A program made the translations under genes and the position numbers. From Rhizodiscina lignyota (lineage: Eukaryota), in the NCBI GenBank assembly GCA_010015805.1, contig ML978123.1:248001-312000 (forward strand): a stretch of 64,000 bases of DNA, in the 5' to 3' direction. Under the pieces are notes generated by a model. It saw nothing but the letters and a program-made list of their open reading frames with translations, did no database searches and was not told where the DNA came from. The first letter of the stretch is position 1. Each line of letters begins with the position of its first letter. Below are positions 38,010-51,130 of the stretch, piece after piece.

Positions 38010-39796
38010 CTACGCCCTCTCGTTCACCTTAACCATGAGTTCAGGCTTCTGCCACAAAACGTATACTTTTTGCTGCTCCATCCATTTCAACTCTTTGTCG
38101 ACAAGCTGTAAGTCGAAGTTAAATATGATTCGGGCAAGAATGAGTTTCATCTCTGCATATGCGAGGCTGGACACGAAGTAGTCAGCGATCTTGTTACGCT
38201 CAATTGAGCTAGCTGCAGTCATAGAGCAATAAGATTCGGGACTTACTTGCGACCCAGACAATTCCGCGGACCAGCCGAGAAAGGCTGTAACACAGCTTTT
38301 CGGTCGTCGTTGAATTTCTCATCTTTGTTTGGAAGGAACCTCTCCGGGATGAATTCATGCGAGTCGACGAAATGCTCGGGCGAGACACCCGCAGCCCATT
38401 GAGGGATCCCAACGACAACCTTTCACATGGATCAGCTTTTCGATGAAGAGTTGAGGCCGCAAATGCAAAACGCAACGTATGGACTTACCTTGCCAGGAAC
38501 GTGGTATCCACAGATGGTAGTGCCCTCAGGAGGAGTAACACGCGAGAGTGCAACCGGAACAGGGGGGTAGAGGCGTAACGCCTCTTCGATTACAGCAAGA
38601 AGATAAGGAAGTGTGTTGACCTTTATCATAATATTAGTAGAGTCTACAAAAATTGGGTTCTCAACAAGATGGCTTTTGCATACTTTGACCATGGTAATAT
38701 CATCCTCGCTTTCGAACGCACTCCGCACCTCGGCGTTGAGCTTCTCCAGTACCTTTGGGTTCCTCTGAAGCAGATACGTGCACCCAGCAAGCAAAGTCGC
38801 TGTGGTCTCGCTACCTGCGATCATGAGAATGTTGAAAGTCAATCTGATCTCTTCATCAGACATCATGGCTTTCTCGTCCTTCTCGGAATTCTGGTACAGC
38901 ACTTTGCCCAAGAAATCCGGCCTGTCGAGATCACCAGATTCACTCCGTTTCTTAACAGCCTTGTCACAGAATTCTCTCACCACCTTCTGCCGTGTACCAG
39001 AGCGGAAGGCCAGGACGAAGAGCATAACTATCGGTCGGAGGACCGTGATGTTGCCAAGCTCTGATAGAATCACAAAAAGATTCAAGCCGGAAAAGAATGC
39101 CTTGATCCACGGGTGCGTCGTGCGTGTTCTAAGGGCGTCGAATGATTGGGCGAAAGACAAATCTCCCACAATGTCGAATGTAGTCCAGTTGAAGTACAAG
39201 GCCATGTTTGAAGGTCGGCCCTCGCGTGCGTCCTCGCGCATATTCGAAACAAGAAGGTCGATGTACAGTTTGATGAGGGGCTCCTGCTCCCTCAACTGTT
39301 CGACGTCAGAATCAATAGTAGCCATGTGGCTGTGGGGAGCACCTACAGCTTTTTCTGAGAACGCGTGGCTGAGGCCTTTCCTCTGCCTTGCGTGAACGTC
39401 ATCTGGCGCATTGATGATGCTGTACGCCCCTTTCTTATTGGCGCCTCCTCGATTGAATTTGGCCATTTGCGGGTGGCCTTGTCGATGCATGTAAATGTCT
39501 TTCCAACAATTCTCGCCAATGAATGACAATTGGTTAGGTTTGATGCGGACAACTTGGCCATACTTTGCGTGCAACTGTTCATCCAACGTGTGCCTTTTGC
39601 CCCGCATTGACCAAGTTGCGTAGTACAAGGACGTCGCGGCGGCAAGCTTAGGTCCAGGGAAGCTGCGAAGGGGATGAAAGAAGATGTTATAGATGAAGGT
39701 GTAGGCCGTGTGAAGAACAATAAGAATTAAGCCGGTCGTCAGCAAGTAAGGTGAGCTCTGCCAAATTAGGCTCCAAAGAGCAAAGGTGTGCGCCAT
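38010..39796 (-). CDS. Cytochrome P450 monooxygenase (CYP65/Tri11-like type)
   Basis: N-terminal TM + FFHPLRSFPGP, AGSETTAT I-helix, EALRLYPP, FIPERF, QPFSAGPRNCLG heme motif, LAYAEMKLILA; several introns. Confidence 0.93.
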
Positions 39797-40189
39797 ACTG
39801 AGCCAGGTAATGGGACGAAAGAGACTCGAAACAGATGCAAAGAGAAGAGTAATGGCGAGACGCGGTGTCTAAATAGCTAAATAGTTAAGGAGGCAACAGA
39901 ATTTCTCAAACATCAGCGCGGCCTCGTGTACAAAAAGGGTAAACGAAGTAGGCGGGACGGAGGAGTACGACAGCTGGCTACCTACGGCATTTGGGCGGCA
40001 ATAAAGAAGATGGGCAAGGAACACATTCCCCTGCAATTCCAGGGTTGGTGTAGTGACCTCCATGTAAGAAGAGCCTACACAACTAGTATTTCCTGTTATA
40101 TTTGACGCTAAATGCGTATAATGAAATCCCTTAAGGACCTAAGGTACTAACCTACAGATACAAGGTAAGTCATTGTGTTTCGTTGCAAA

Positions 40190-40492
40190 TATACACAAAT
40201 TGCATCAATCCATAGCCGTCTCTTCTGACGCCTCTCTCGAAGTCGTCTCAAGGCAGCTTCGAGGTTTGGTGTGACCAGAATCGTCCCCCCGTCGCATGTG
40301 CAGGAATAGAGAACCCCAGACGTATGAAAACGCCTCATAGCTGTTTGAGCGGCGTTCCGAATCATCTAATGGAATTTCGCGCAGAGTGTATCGGATTGGG
40401 GATTTCAGCATCGGAGCAGGAAGGAGTTCAAGAACTCTGATCGAGCGCTTCGTTGAGAGATGGCTGTACTGGTAACACTCTTCTGTCGCCAT
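40190..40492 (-). pseudogene. Truncated HET-domain (HET-6-like) gene remnant
   Basis: YQYSHL...IRVLELLP...YEAFSYVWG, frame change near 40310, then VTPNLEAALRRLR...RRLWIDAICV, after which homology ends in AT-rich sequence. Confidence 0.8.
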
Positions 40493-41133
40493 TGCGGACA
40501 TGTGGGAACACAATTTTGATCATCAGCCTTGATTGCAGAAGAAAGAGGGGTTAAGAAGGAGCTTCGCAGAGAGCAAAGATATATACATATGTCCCGGAGA
40601 TTGTTCGGCGAAATTGGCACCCCCTGTACAAATTCGATTGCGGACTTCATCTTGCAGGTTTGGATGTACCAACCTTCATGTTGATATGTCAGTTTCCCTA
40701 AACATTATTATTTAGATGGTATAAAATGCAACAATTCACAAGAGAAGAGTCGCCCAGATCGCACTTATCGCTTGGCAGATTCCAAGCCAGTCGCATCGGA
40801 TGGCCGCCACAACAGATTGAGCGCCGCCATGACGCTCCAGAATCGCTTTCACGTTTCCTCACGGCTGTTGATGACTTGCGATTAGCTTTGAGCCTAAGTC
40901 TACGACCCTGAACTTGCCTATCCGCATGTGAGATCGCGCTGCCCACGCCGATCCGACATCGTCATCAACCCTGATGGCCTGGCCGCGAACGGGACTTACC
41001 TTCATGTCCATGGCAATGCAAAGTGCCCATCAAATCAATTTATATTCATTATCTCAATGTCTGGTCTTTCGTTTCAAAACAATTGTAACTGTCTCAGGGC
41101 ACTCCGTCTTCACACTCTTTATCTGTCGGCAAG

Positions 41134-43666
41134 ATGATTGTCATGTCTACAGTAACTCTGTCGAAAGACTTGTTCGATGTCTATGAAAGCTACAAAAAGG
41201 CCACCATCCAGGTCATTCGTTGGCTCTCGCGAAACTCGGGATGCGACTATGAAAGAGGATATCTTAGCTCTATCAATGAGCTTCGGTATTTTGCCGACTA
41301 CGTAATCCTGAACCAGATCGAGATTCCGGACGACCTGATTCGAGTATTTCGACTTGCAATTCGTGCTCGGAAACGCCTTACTTGCTTCTACAAACGTAAA
41401 GGCGCCGACAATGATTCAACGGAAGCTCATGTTTACTTCAATGAAACTTTTGAAAGCGTCTTTCACGATCTCAATCACTGTCGAAGAAGATCCCTTTCTA
41501 GTTGTTCTTCTACGAATTCCATAGACGCTTCGTCACAAATGGTGGTAGAATCTGCAAACCTGTACAGCTGTCTTGAAACGGCCAACAATGAGGCCGATTT
41601 ATCAACTGAGATGACGAACAATATCGAGGTTTCTGCGTCGTATCAGCTTGATGTCAGTCCGCAGAGCAAGAAAAGAAGGGGCTGTGACTGCGCGCCGTGT
41701 GGACCATCAATTCAGGACGATACTTTAGAAGAAACAACAAATATCTACTCATTCCTTTGGGTAAGTAGCATTCCCAAAACTTGGAGTCTTGTGTACTCTG
41801 ACGCTCTAATACAGCAATTGAACCACCTTGCTGCTTTTGTCAAGCAATCATTTCAGCATGCTGCACACGGTACTCAGCCTCTAATTGTTGCCGCAACCGC
41901 GACGAATGCGGCATACCAATGCGCTACGTCGCTGGGGCCAGTCTTGTGTAAATACGAGATATACAACCCGGAACAGTTGCGGGACCGTTGCCCGGACACT
42001 CTAGCAGATGCTTTTTCGCAAGACACGATCAACACTGATGATAATGGCCGTATTATTCCCGAACAACTGGCCACTTTGCAGATTATATGGGAAGAGTTGT
42101 GTCAGTTCAAGCTTTCCAGGAAGGACGAGCCATCTTATTGCTGCCCGTGCAAAACTTGTGGCGGTCTATCCGCCAAGTTTCCAAAGCACGATCCAAAGGA
42201 CTTCTTCGGGCTTGACCCGATTGAACGAAATGATGCAACAAATGATTCGCACATTCGAGCAGCTTACCAGGCGTTCTTGCGAGGCATCTATGAAGAACTT
42301 CGGAGCTTCGGCCATCATGTCAAAAGGGTTGCCTTTCTTAAAGACTTTGAAGATTTCATCTTGGAGAAGGACACTTGTGTCGTCGGTCAACGCGATTGCT
42401 GCACCCTCTGCTTCGGAATTCACCTTCTTTACGAATCTTCCAAAAGTTTCCACGACTCTGCTGGCCGTTCGGAAGATTCTCACAATTCCCAAGAGCCAAA
42501 GAGTGGGACAGGGTGCATGTCATCGCCCCGCGTGCACTCACTCAAATTCGCATGTGAGCTATTAACGCAAATTAAAAAGACCTTGGAAGGTGGAAATGTG
42601 CCTTGCACGTGTCTGCAAATCAACGGGTCGAGCGTCGTATCCCTTCTCTTGGAGACTACCGGCTCACTCAATGGCTTCGTGAAAACGCCTCGATTCGATC
42701 TCTTCTACCAGGCTCCATGGGCATGCGGTGCGCACGAGCTTGGGCACCTTGCTCAGTGCTCTGATGTTGGCTCCAAAACATGGCATTTCTCTTACTTGGT
42801 TGGGACATTGCTGCATGCATATAATGCTCTGGTACAAGCGAAGCTTTTGGACCCGACCGCGATCCCCCTTCTCGAGGCTCTTTGCGAGCTGTATGAGGAC
42901 GTTCTTTTTATGGGAAAGCGGTCAAACAATAACGTGTTTAGCTGCTGGCAGAGATGGGCTGGCGGCAAGGTCGTGCGTCCTCCGCACAGGTCCAAGACAG
43001 AATTGAATCAGGTTGCAACTACAGATAAGAAATGGCATCTATGCTCCATCCCAGACCCCAGCGGAGGAGGAAATCGCTGGAGCCGAAGCTTTGATCCACA
43101 GAGGATCTCATTATTTTCGACTTTGGCGGCCCGCTCAGCGTTGGACGATGAGGTTGTGGCATGGATCTATCTGCCGCCGGAGAAGAGACACAGGGTTCGT
43201 ACCTCTTCACACTCTCGAGTCCAGATTCAAAGACGTCCAAGCTAACCATAATCCTCATTAGTACCAGGACAAGGACATTTTCCGCGCCAAAGAGCTGTTC
43301 AAACAAGAACCCCTCTTGGCCCACTACGTCGAACGCGTGCAAGCCGCGCTTCTCGAAGAATACCAAGGTTCTTTCCCGGTCGCACGCATCAATTATATCG
43401 CTATTTACGAAGCTTGCGTACAAACAATGCGGCGCATCAGCGATGCGAATCATGATGAGAAATTAGAGTACATCTGCAAGTGCCCAGCGGAGGCGTGTTT
43501 GAGGGAGTGTGATATCTTCCTCAAGCGTCGCTTCATGAACAGCTCGAGGCGAGGTGTTGAGATCAAGGACAAGAAAGCCTGTGACAGTTTCATTGAGCAC
43601 CTGATAGAGGGTTTCGGGGGACACAGCATAGAGGATTTCCTGTGGGATGTCTCCGCTCATCGTTAG
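41134..43666 (+). CDS. DUF6604-like domain protein, Cys-rich
   Basis: N-terminal YESYKKAT..VIRWL, AIRARKRLTCFY, AHVYFNETF pattern; introns at about 41761-41814 and 43192-43261; C-terminal ARINY. Confidence 0.7.
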
Positions 43667-43728
43667 CACTTATGCTGAATGAGTAATTTTTGTCTTGCTT
43701 TTCAATGGCTTACCTCTCATTAAATCTC

Positions 43729-45108
43729 CTACTTCCCCCCTGCAGGTCTAATTCCCATCTTGAACACAGGACTCTCTTTAAAATTCGCATAGTCATGGAA
43801 AGCATCCGTTTGTGCTGTGGATATTGCGACTTCTTTTCCCCTTTCCACAACTCCCTCATCGTATTGTTTGAGCGCCTCACCAGGAGACAATTTGCCTTCT
43901 TGAACGGCAATCATTTGCGTCACAAATTCATCAGCGTCTTTAATGGCAAGATTCCCGCCTTGGCCGCGATGGAAGGTCATGCTATAGATGTCAGCCCGAT
44001 ATACGCAGATAACCTGAGGCAGCAGATCCTACCTATGAGCAGCATCTCCAGCGAGCGTCACTTTGCCCCCATGGTTATCCCATGGCTTTGTATGCCATAT
44101 CCTGAGCTGATCCTTCCCAATCGGGATGTCATCTGGTAGCCATTCCACGACAGATTTGTACGGATCCGCCCAGCCATCCATGCGCGCCCTCAGCCTCTCG
44201 AGTCGATTTTCTGTATTCTCAAAGTCCTCCCTCGTTGTGAGAGGCCATGTCGTAAGGAGATAGAATATCCAGGTCTCCGGTTTCTCCTGAATCGGCTTAT
44301 CAAGAAGGAACAGTCCAATGTACATGTTCTTCGGATGTGCTGACGCATCAACGTTGGGGTTCATTTCCTTGTCGAGCCATACCGCTTTTTCAGCGGGGAG
44401 GGTGAATGGGAAATTCATGAAGGCGTATGGCATCACTTCCTGGTCTGCCACTTCTCCAAGCAGCCACCTCCGCACACGGGAAGCACCTCCATCTGCTCCT
44501 ATTACGACGTTACCGGTTTCTGAGGTACCATCCTCGAAATGCGCCGTGACTCCAGAATCATCGGTAGTGATGTCGGTCAGCTTCTTGCCGTATTTGATAT
44601 TGAGGCCTTGAGCCAGATGCTTCTTCGTCTTTTGGATTTGCATGCGGCGGATGAGGGGCATGTGAGCTTCTGTCATAGCCTTTCCCGTGCTGCCATCGCG
44701 TATCAGGATGCCTTTCTGTCCAGCCGCTTCTGCGGTGAGGTCTTTATCTGGCTGGCATGCTTGCAAGGTGGTATACAGCTCTGGCGGGAGGAGCTTCTCA
44801 AACAATGGATCTGCCCAGCTCAGAGTGATGCCCCAATTCCGGCCCCGTGGCGCCGTCTCTCTGTCAACTATAACATGAGAGACCCCATTCTACAAACAAG
44901 TAAGCTGATGTCTTTGACAGAACCCATAATAAGGGAATCGAGCTAGTTGGTAGCATCGTCTAATTTGGTAATACCTTCTTTAAGCCTTGAGCGATGGTAA
45001 GTCCTGCAAGGCCTTAATAGGTTCATTAGCGATGCAAAGTTGGATCCTTCGAATGGAAATGCACTCACCAGCACCTATAACAATGACGTGCAATGGTTTT
45101 TCGCTCAT
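43729..45108 (-). CDS. FAD-dependent monooxygenase (aromatic hydroxylase type)
   Basis: MSEKPLHVIVIGAG|LAGLTIAQGLKK Rossmann start, VIGADGGASRVR, VTLAGDAAH|MTFHRGQGGNLAIKDA; several introns. Confidence 0.92.
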
Positions 45109-45706
45109 TATCGAATTCTTATTGGATACTGCTGCTGCTTTGAGACAGGTACCTTTTCAAGATGTTCGAAATGCTTTTCCAGAAGCGTACTCGCTGGATG
45201 TTCACACTCGGTCGATAAACAGAACCCTCGAGCTCCAAACTGCGGAATTATCAAGTCCAACAAGGCTGATAATCAAGTGCGAGAAAGCAAAACAGTGTTC
45301 AGAATTTAGAATACGGAGGCTGAAGCAACAGACCAATCAGCTAGGATACGCAAACGCGGGGAGCCGACGAAAATATCAAGTCCCACGACAGGTAACAAGA
45401 TTCTGCTGAATAGGTATTGATCGAACGATTTCGAGTTTTCGAGGTGTAACTACGAAGCCACAATTTGGTGTGTGTTTGGGAATTTGAGCAGACGTTGTTG
45501 CGAGCTTACGGTTGACTCCCCGAACGATCGGCATCGGTGGTGACTTCCAAGATCAACGAAGGTTCCGTTGAGGAAAGAGCCTTGCAGAGGATCTTGAGTG
45601 AGAGTTAGTTCCATTGCTCCGGAACTGCTCCTCAGGTTAACGAGCTCCGCGTCACATTTGTTATCGTCTCCTCGCCATTTGCTCGTTCGCTCAACCCCTT
45701 CCAAAG

Positions 45707-46691
45707 ATGGACTGGTACACGAACCCTGGCGTAGTGCAAAAGGATTGGAGCAAAGAAAACCTCCAGGAAGTAAGGAAGCCTATCACTGCTCCTAAATTCA
45801 GTTTCCGCGTTGCTCAATCTATGAATATTTTAGTTGAGGCGAAAGCTCATTACCGCAAACCACGTGCTCCATAACCATGGCGTGGTCGACGCGTACGGTC
45901 ACATATCAATTCGACATCCGCAAAAAACCGAAATCTACATCATGTGCGGGTACATGGCGCCCGCTATTGTGACGAGCTCAGACGACCTGATTGAGTACTG
46001 GGTCAAGGACTCTTCAACTGTGGATCCGAACGCGAAGAAGGGCTACTCGGAGAGGTTCATTCATGGTGAGGTCTTCAGGATGTTCCCGAGCGTCAATTGC
46101 GTGGTGCATAGTCATGCAGAAGACGTATTACCATACGTGACAAGTGGCGTCCCTTTACTGCCAGTCTTTCATATGTCGGGCTTTCTTGGTAAGCCATCTC
46201 GTCCATGAACCGAAGTATGCTATTTCAGTCCACTGATAGCAAAACCAGGAGACGACGTTCCAGTCTTCGATATAGGTGAAATGTATGAAGCAGGAGAGCA
46301 GCAGGACCTTCTCGTCCGTAATGCAAACCTTGGAACCGGTCTAGCCTCAAGGTTCAGAATCGACGCGCAATCGACGTCGTCGGATCCAGAGCACAATGTA
46401 GTCCTTATGAGACGGCATGGCTACACAACACACGGCGCGGACATTGAAACTGCCGTATATCGTGCGATTTACACAAAAATCAACGCCAAAGTTCAGACAG
46501 ACTCTATGATGCTTCGCCAAGCGTTCCAAGCAAGCACCGGTACGCAAGCATATGCAAAGTTCAACTTCGAGCCATTGACAGAGGATATGCGCACTGGTTG
46601 CATGAAGATGAACACTGGAACTCAAGACAAGCCCTGGAAATTGTGGGTGGCTGAAGTAGAAAAGTCGTCTCTGTACATCAACCGTGGATAG
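45707..46691 (+). CDS. Class II aldolase/adducin-domain protein (decarboxylase-like)
   Basis: ITANHVLH..VVDAYGHISIRHP, YSERFIHGE, VVHSHA, VLMRRHGYT; introns 45770-45833 and ~46189-46248. Confidence 0.9.
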
Positions 46692-46759
46692 ATGATTAAA
46701 CAGAACTACTGGTGCATAAGATACGAAAGAAAAGTTCTCCACCGTGTTGTTACAAGTTC

Positions 46760-47609
46760 TTAGGCTGCGACGCCGGTAATCCACTCTGCGCCAGCTTTAA
46801 CAATCTGCTCTACCACTGCGAGCTCCTCGTCATTTCTCGGCGCGTACACCATTGTCCATCCCTTCTGGACGAATGTCAAGGGAAAACGCTGACCCCAGTT
46901 TGCCTCTATGACTTTCCGTGCATCCACTTCACTCAGCCAGACATGGAGGCTGTTATCTGCCGGGTGCGCGTGTGCGATTTCGTGGTTCAACATTCTATCT
47001 TTCGCAATCGGATTGAGCGTTGGGACATCCGCTTTCGCATAAAGCCCATCTGTTGTTTTCCCCTCTGTATGTGACAGCTTGATTTCGAATGTCTCAGGAT
47101 GCGAGTCCGCAATAGTCTGCATGAGGGATTGAAGCTTTGTACGCGTCGAGGGGTCGATGCTCTCAGGTCGTTGGCGTTGGGGCATGGTGCGAGGCATGAT
47201 CTTCGGACGGTCTCCAGCGCGCTCCGGTAAGGGGTTCTTCAGGAATGACGGGCCATCTTTGCTGAGGTAGGACGGATCAAGGAGGTTCGGACCCAGAATA
47301 TTGTGGTAGACTCGGATCAATGTCATTCGCATATAGCCTCTAGAAGCACTCAGTGTCAGTGCGACGTTCGTGCCTCGAACATAACGCCAATTGAAAACCT
47401 ACAACCAGTTTGGCGGTGTACCACCGGTACCGAATGCCTTCCAAGCATAGTAGTCGTTGAGCGTCCTACGAACTTATGAGTTCGTCATTCTTCCTTTTCG
47501 GAGATGGGATAATTGACCATGCAACGCCCAAGACTGCGGTCGTGCAGACGCCAGTCAAGACTGGTTGAGCGCGCGCAACTGACACCGCTCGATTATAAAA
47601 CTCTTCCAT
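46760..47609 (-). CDS. DUF5519 / luciferase-like domain protein with N-terminal membrane anchor
   Basis: N-terminal hydrophobic stretch, DYYAWKAFGTGGTPPNW|GY, LPERAGDRP..PQRQ, EIAHAHPADNSLHVWLS, WGQRFPL, VYAPRNDEEL; two introns. Confidence 0.8.
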
Positions 47610-47974
47610 AGCTGTAGGGTTAGGTTTAGAGGCGTTTCGGTTTCTAGGGAATATTCAAATTTCGAATTGCATCAATAGACAAAAGATAGTCAGCTTCGGG
47701 AGGTTGTTTATAGCTCTCAGATCTCCGCCTTGGCGCTCGTGCGAGAGCAGGGGCATCTTCCATCCGCCATGTCTGCAGGCTGTTTGCTTCATTTCCTCCA
47801 TCTGTCTTCGACTGTCCATCTTCATGAGCTGGGGTGCTTGCTAATCGTTGTTATCGGCCGAAGCGCGTTCGGATGTCCTTCACACATGCATCCGATGATT
47901 TCCTTATGTAAACCGCTATCAAAACATGGAAAGCAATCTCTCCGTACACTCAGCTAGGTTAGTAGGCTTGGCAT

Positions 47975-48123
47975 GATGACTCAGCAGAAATAACACCTCG
48001 CTTAACCTTGGCTCAACTCTGCTCAGTCCTGCACTGCCACTGCTCGTGCTCTACCGACTCTTGCTCAGCCGTGCTCAGTCGTGCTCAGTCGTGCTTAAGT
48101 AGGGACTCAGCCTAGATCACTCA
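47975..48123. repeat. Degenerate ~10-bp GCTCAG-core array, possible DNA transposon subterminal relic
   Basis: ttgctcagcc gtgctcagtc gtgctcagtc gtgcttaagt (48061-48100) plus gctcaactct and gctcagtcct upstream; followed by TpA-rich sequence. Confidence 0.55.
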
Positions 48124-48816
48124 TGCTTATTGTTCTGTTTCTGGGATCTCTTCGCTTTCGTGTCGCCTTCGACAAAATGCTGTCAAGTTTACGCGACCAT
48201 CTTGGGGGGACCAGTTCTAGGACCCCCTTTAAAATCGGACGAATCCTTGAAGTGATGTCTCAAGCACTCTATAGCCTGTTTATAGCTAATCTTATAATAT
48301 GCAGTGTTAGAGTTGTTCCTTTAAGTTTCCACAGAATGTCTACAACACAGATTAAACCGGGATTATGCTCCTTAAACGTAGTGAAATTAAACTGCTCGTA
48401 AGTTAAGCAAGAAGTGCTCGCGTTAATTGTATGATTAACGCCGCCAATTGGGTGCGCGTCGGCAGACAGTAGGTATCTGAAGACATGCTTATCTGGCTAG
48501 CTAGTACGCATCGTAATAGCTAGACAAAATCTCCTCATCCCAGCCAGTATTATGCCCAGCCCGAATCTAAGTATCCGGACTCCGGGAACAGCCTTGAGTG
48601 ATTCAGACACCTTTATACTTTCAAGCCAAGATGCAGCTGGACAGTACAGAATAGAAATTGAGGGGCCGCTGTTAATCATGCCGCTCTAGTGGCTCAATTA
48701 TGAACCTTGCCACGAAGCTCGAAAGGTTACTCTGCCAGCGTAGATTGAGGCAAGATGCTAGTCACATTGAAGGATCTAATTAGCGGCTGAAATTGAACAT
48801 CATTAGTAACGTAATC

Positions 48817-51130
48817 TTATTGCGAGCGAAATATTGGCGTACAGCTCTGTGGGTTGAGATCAAGTTTTTGAAAGTCTCGCAATATAGTGAGGCCTTTTTC
48901 TAGGGTTTCCATCTTCTCCGTCAACTTCTGACGTTGCACAGCGGACCGTTGACTCTCGGCTGCGATTGAATGGATATGCGAATCATCCATATCGAGCACG
49001 GACTCGGCTGAAAACAAAGATGAGAGCTTCTGGACCACACATTCTTCAATGATTGCAGTGCTGACTGTCTTAATAAGGTCTTCACGAGCAACCTAGGAGG
49101 TGTCAGTATCATGACAGTCAAGATATTCAGAACACGAAACAAACCCGGTAGTATGCCTGCATGAAGTCTGTGGCACATGAACTGGCATATTCATCCATGC
49201 TGACTTGGAGGTTGGATAACAGCGTCTGCTTAAATGATGCCACGTTCAGCGCATATGTCTGTCTTCCTGCAAGAAGCCACCCGTCTCCAAAGAATGCGCT
49301 CAAAGCACAATTTAGCTCTTTTTCTCGGCGTTTTTCCTGCATCTCCTGGACGATGTTTGTGAGTTCATTGTTGTACGTTATGGGATGCCCAAAGCGGTGC
49401 GAGTGTAGGATTGCTGCCATTTTGGCGTCCACTTCACACTTAATCACGTCCATCCTAGGGTTGATCCAAAGAGCAAGCAGCCGAGCTTTCGTGTGCTCAT
49501 CCGAAGTATCCTGCAGAATTGTGCAAAGAACCGTGTAGGTAGCATTGACTATCACTTTGATGCATTCTGTGACCATCTCTTCCCAGGGACGACATTGTTC
49601 ATGAAAGAGATCTCCAACGAACAATGGGTTGAAGAGGCCTGAGAGTTCTCTTCCACGGCTTCGACGAAGACGATTTATCGCCTGCACAAGATAAGCCTCT
49701 CGAGTGATTCTTTGCACTTTATGCGTTGCAGTCTTCTCTAGATCGTTGACAGCATTTCCATTGACAGTCGAATTAGGGGCGTGGTCGTTGCTATCGTTGT
49801 CGCTGTGGAATTCGGATTCGTGCTGACTGTGTCCATGGTCGTCATGGCTCGAATGATCATCATTGTTGGCTTCCAGAATATCGTAAGTGTGCCCACGTGC
49901 TCGAATATCTTCCGCGAAAGTTGTCAATGTGTTCTGTATCACTGCACGAAGGCGTTTTTGATAGCCATTCTCGGTCATGGCGTCTTCAAAGAAAGGATGC
50001 GTGTACGTCCCATCGATAGTGTCCTTGAGACGTTCATTGAAGAGACGACTGACCTCCAAAAGATATCTTCGCTGTTGAGAAACAGTGCTTCTAGCAGCTC
50101 CGAGGCTAGCTAGCCTAGGTTCACATTCCCGGATGCCGTTATCGATTTGTTGGATAACGTTTGGAAGTTGAGAGATAATGTGATCTCGAAGGACTTGGCT
50201 GAGTCTCTCCTTCAGAAAGTCAATACCAAGGCTTCCCGGGTCAACAGCTGTCCACACCCCTTCTTGAAAAAATTGTTTCTCCTTTCTATTACGCGCTGCT
50301 AAAGTAATGTTCCTCTCTGGAAAATCACGATTGCGGAGGACGTGCCATCCAAGTTTGAAGTGGACCTCGTTATTTTGAGCCAGTCTAACATAGAATTCCT
50401 CGCTTTCGGAGCCTGGGTGAAGGGTATCTGGCTTTGTGATTAGACCAAGTGTCCTCTCTCCTGAAGGGTCTATCCTTCGCGCCAGACGTGTGACCGCTTG
50501 ATTATTGAAATCATTCCTTGCGGACACTACGGCGAGGATTATGCTCCGTTCATTCTTCATGTACGACAGTACAAGAGACTTGACAACATCAGCATCAGCT
50601 TCTGACTGATACTTGCTTCCTGCCTGATACAGGCCTGGCAGATCTACAAGAGTAAGATTTGGGTGATTCGGGCCTGAAAGATCAATCCGCAAGATATCCG
50701 AACTGAATGTCTTTTCACCATCGCGTATACCCATCTGAGCTTCGGCTTTCTCTATAGCTCTAGAAAGGCTGATACGAGCAATGTGTTCGATGCCTTGCAG
50801 GTCATCGAGCACTTGGATTCTTTCCTGCTCTTTTATCTGTTCAGAAACCAAGCTTTTGACGATGCTGGACTTGAATGTACTGGTTTCATTGTGGCGAAGA
50901 ATAACCTCGGTGGCAAATCGAGTACAGACTGTGTCTTTCGTAGGAAATGGCATGTCCGATATTGCTTCTAGGACCGAACTCTTGCCGGACGACTGTTCTC
51001 CGCACACAATGATCTGAGGTAATTCCACATATTCACTGATGCCTTGGGAACGTAGTTCGTCGATTACGTCGAGCACTTTCTTCGTGTCGGCAGATTGGAG
51101 AGTCGTCAGGCTGTTGGTGTTGGGAGTCAT
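48817..51130 (-). CDS. Dynamin-superfamily GTPase, Mx-like fungal type, with C-terminal GED
   Basis: LPQIIVCGEQSSGKSSVLEA, CTRFATE, LTLVDLPG, LITKPD, RGRELSG, HPITYN; intron 49093..49144 joins the GED exon (VAREDLIK...R.KL.EK...LEKGL). Confidence 0.92.

Noticed and set aside
38010..47609. Complete secondary-metabolite biosynthetic cluster
   Set aside because: No PKS, NRPS, terpene synthase, transporter or regulator in the interval, and the P450 is separated by unrelated genes.
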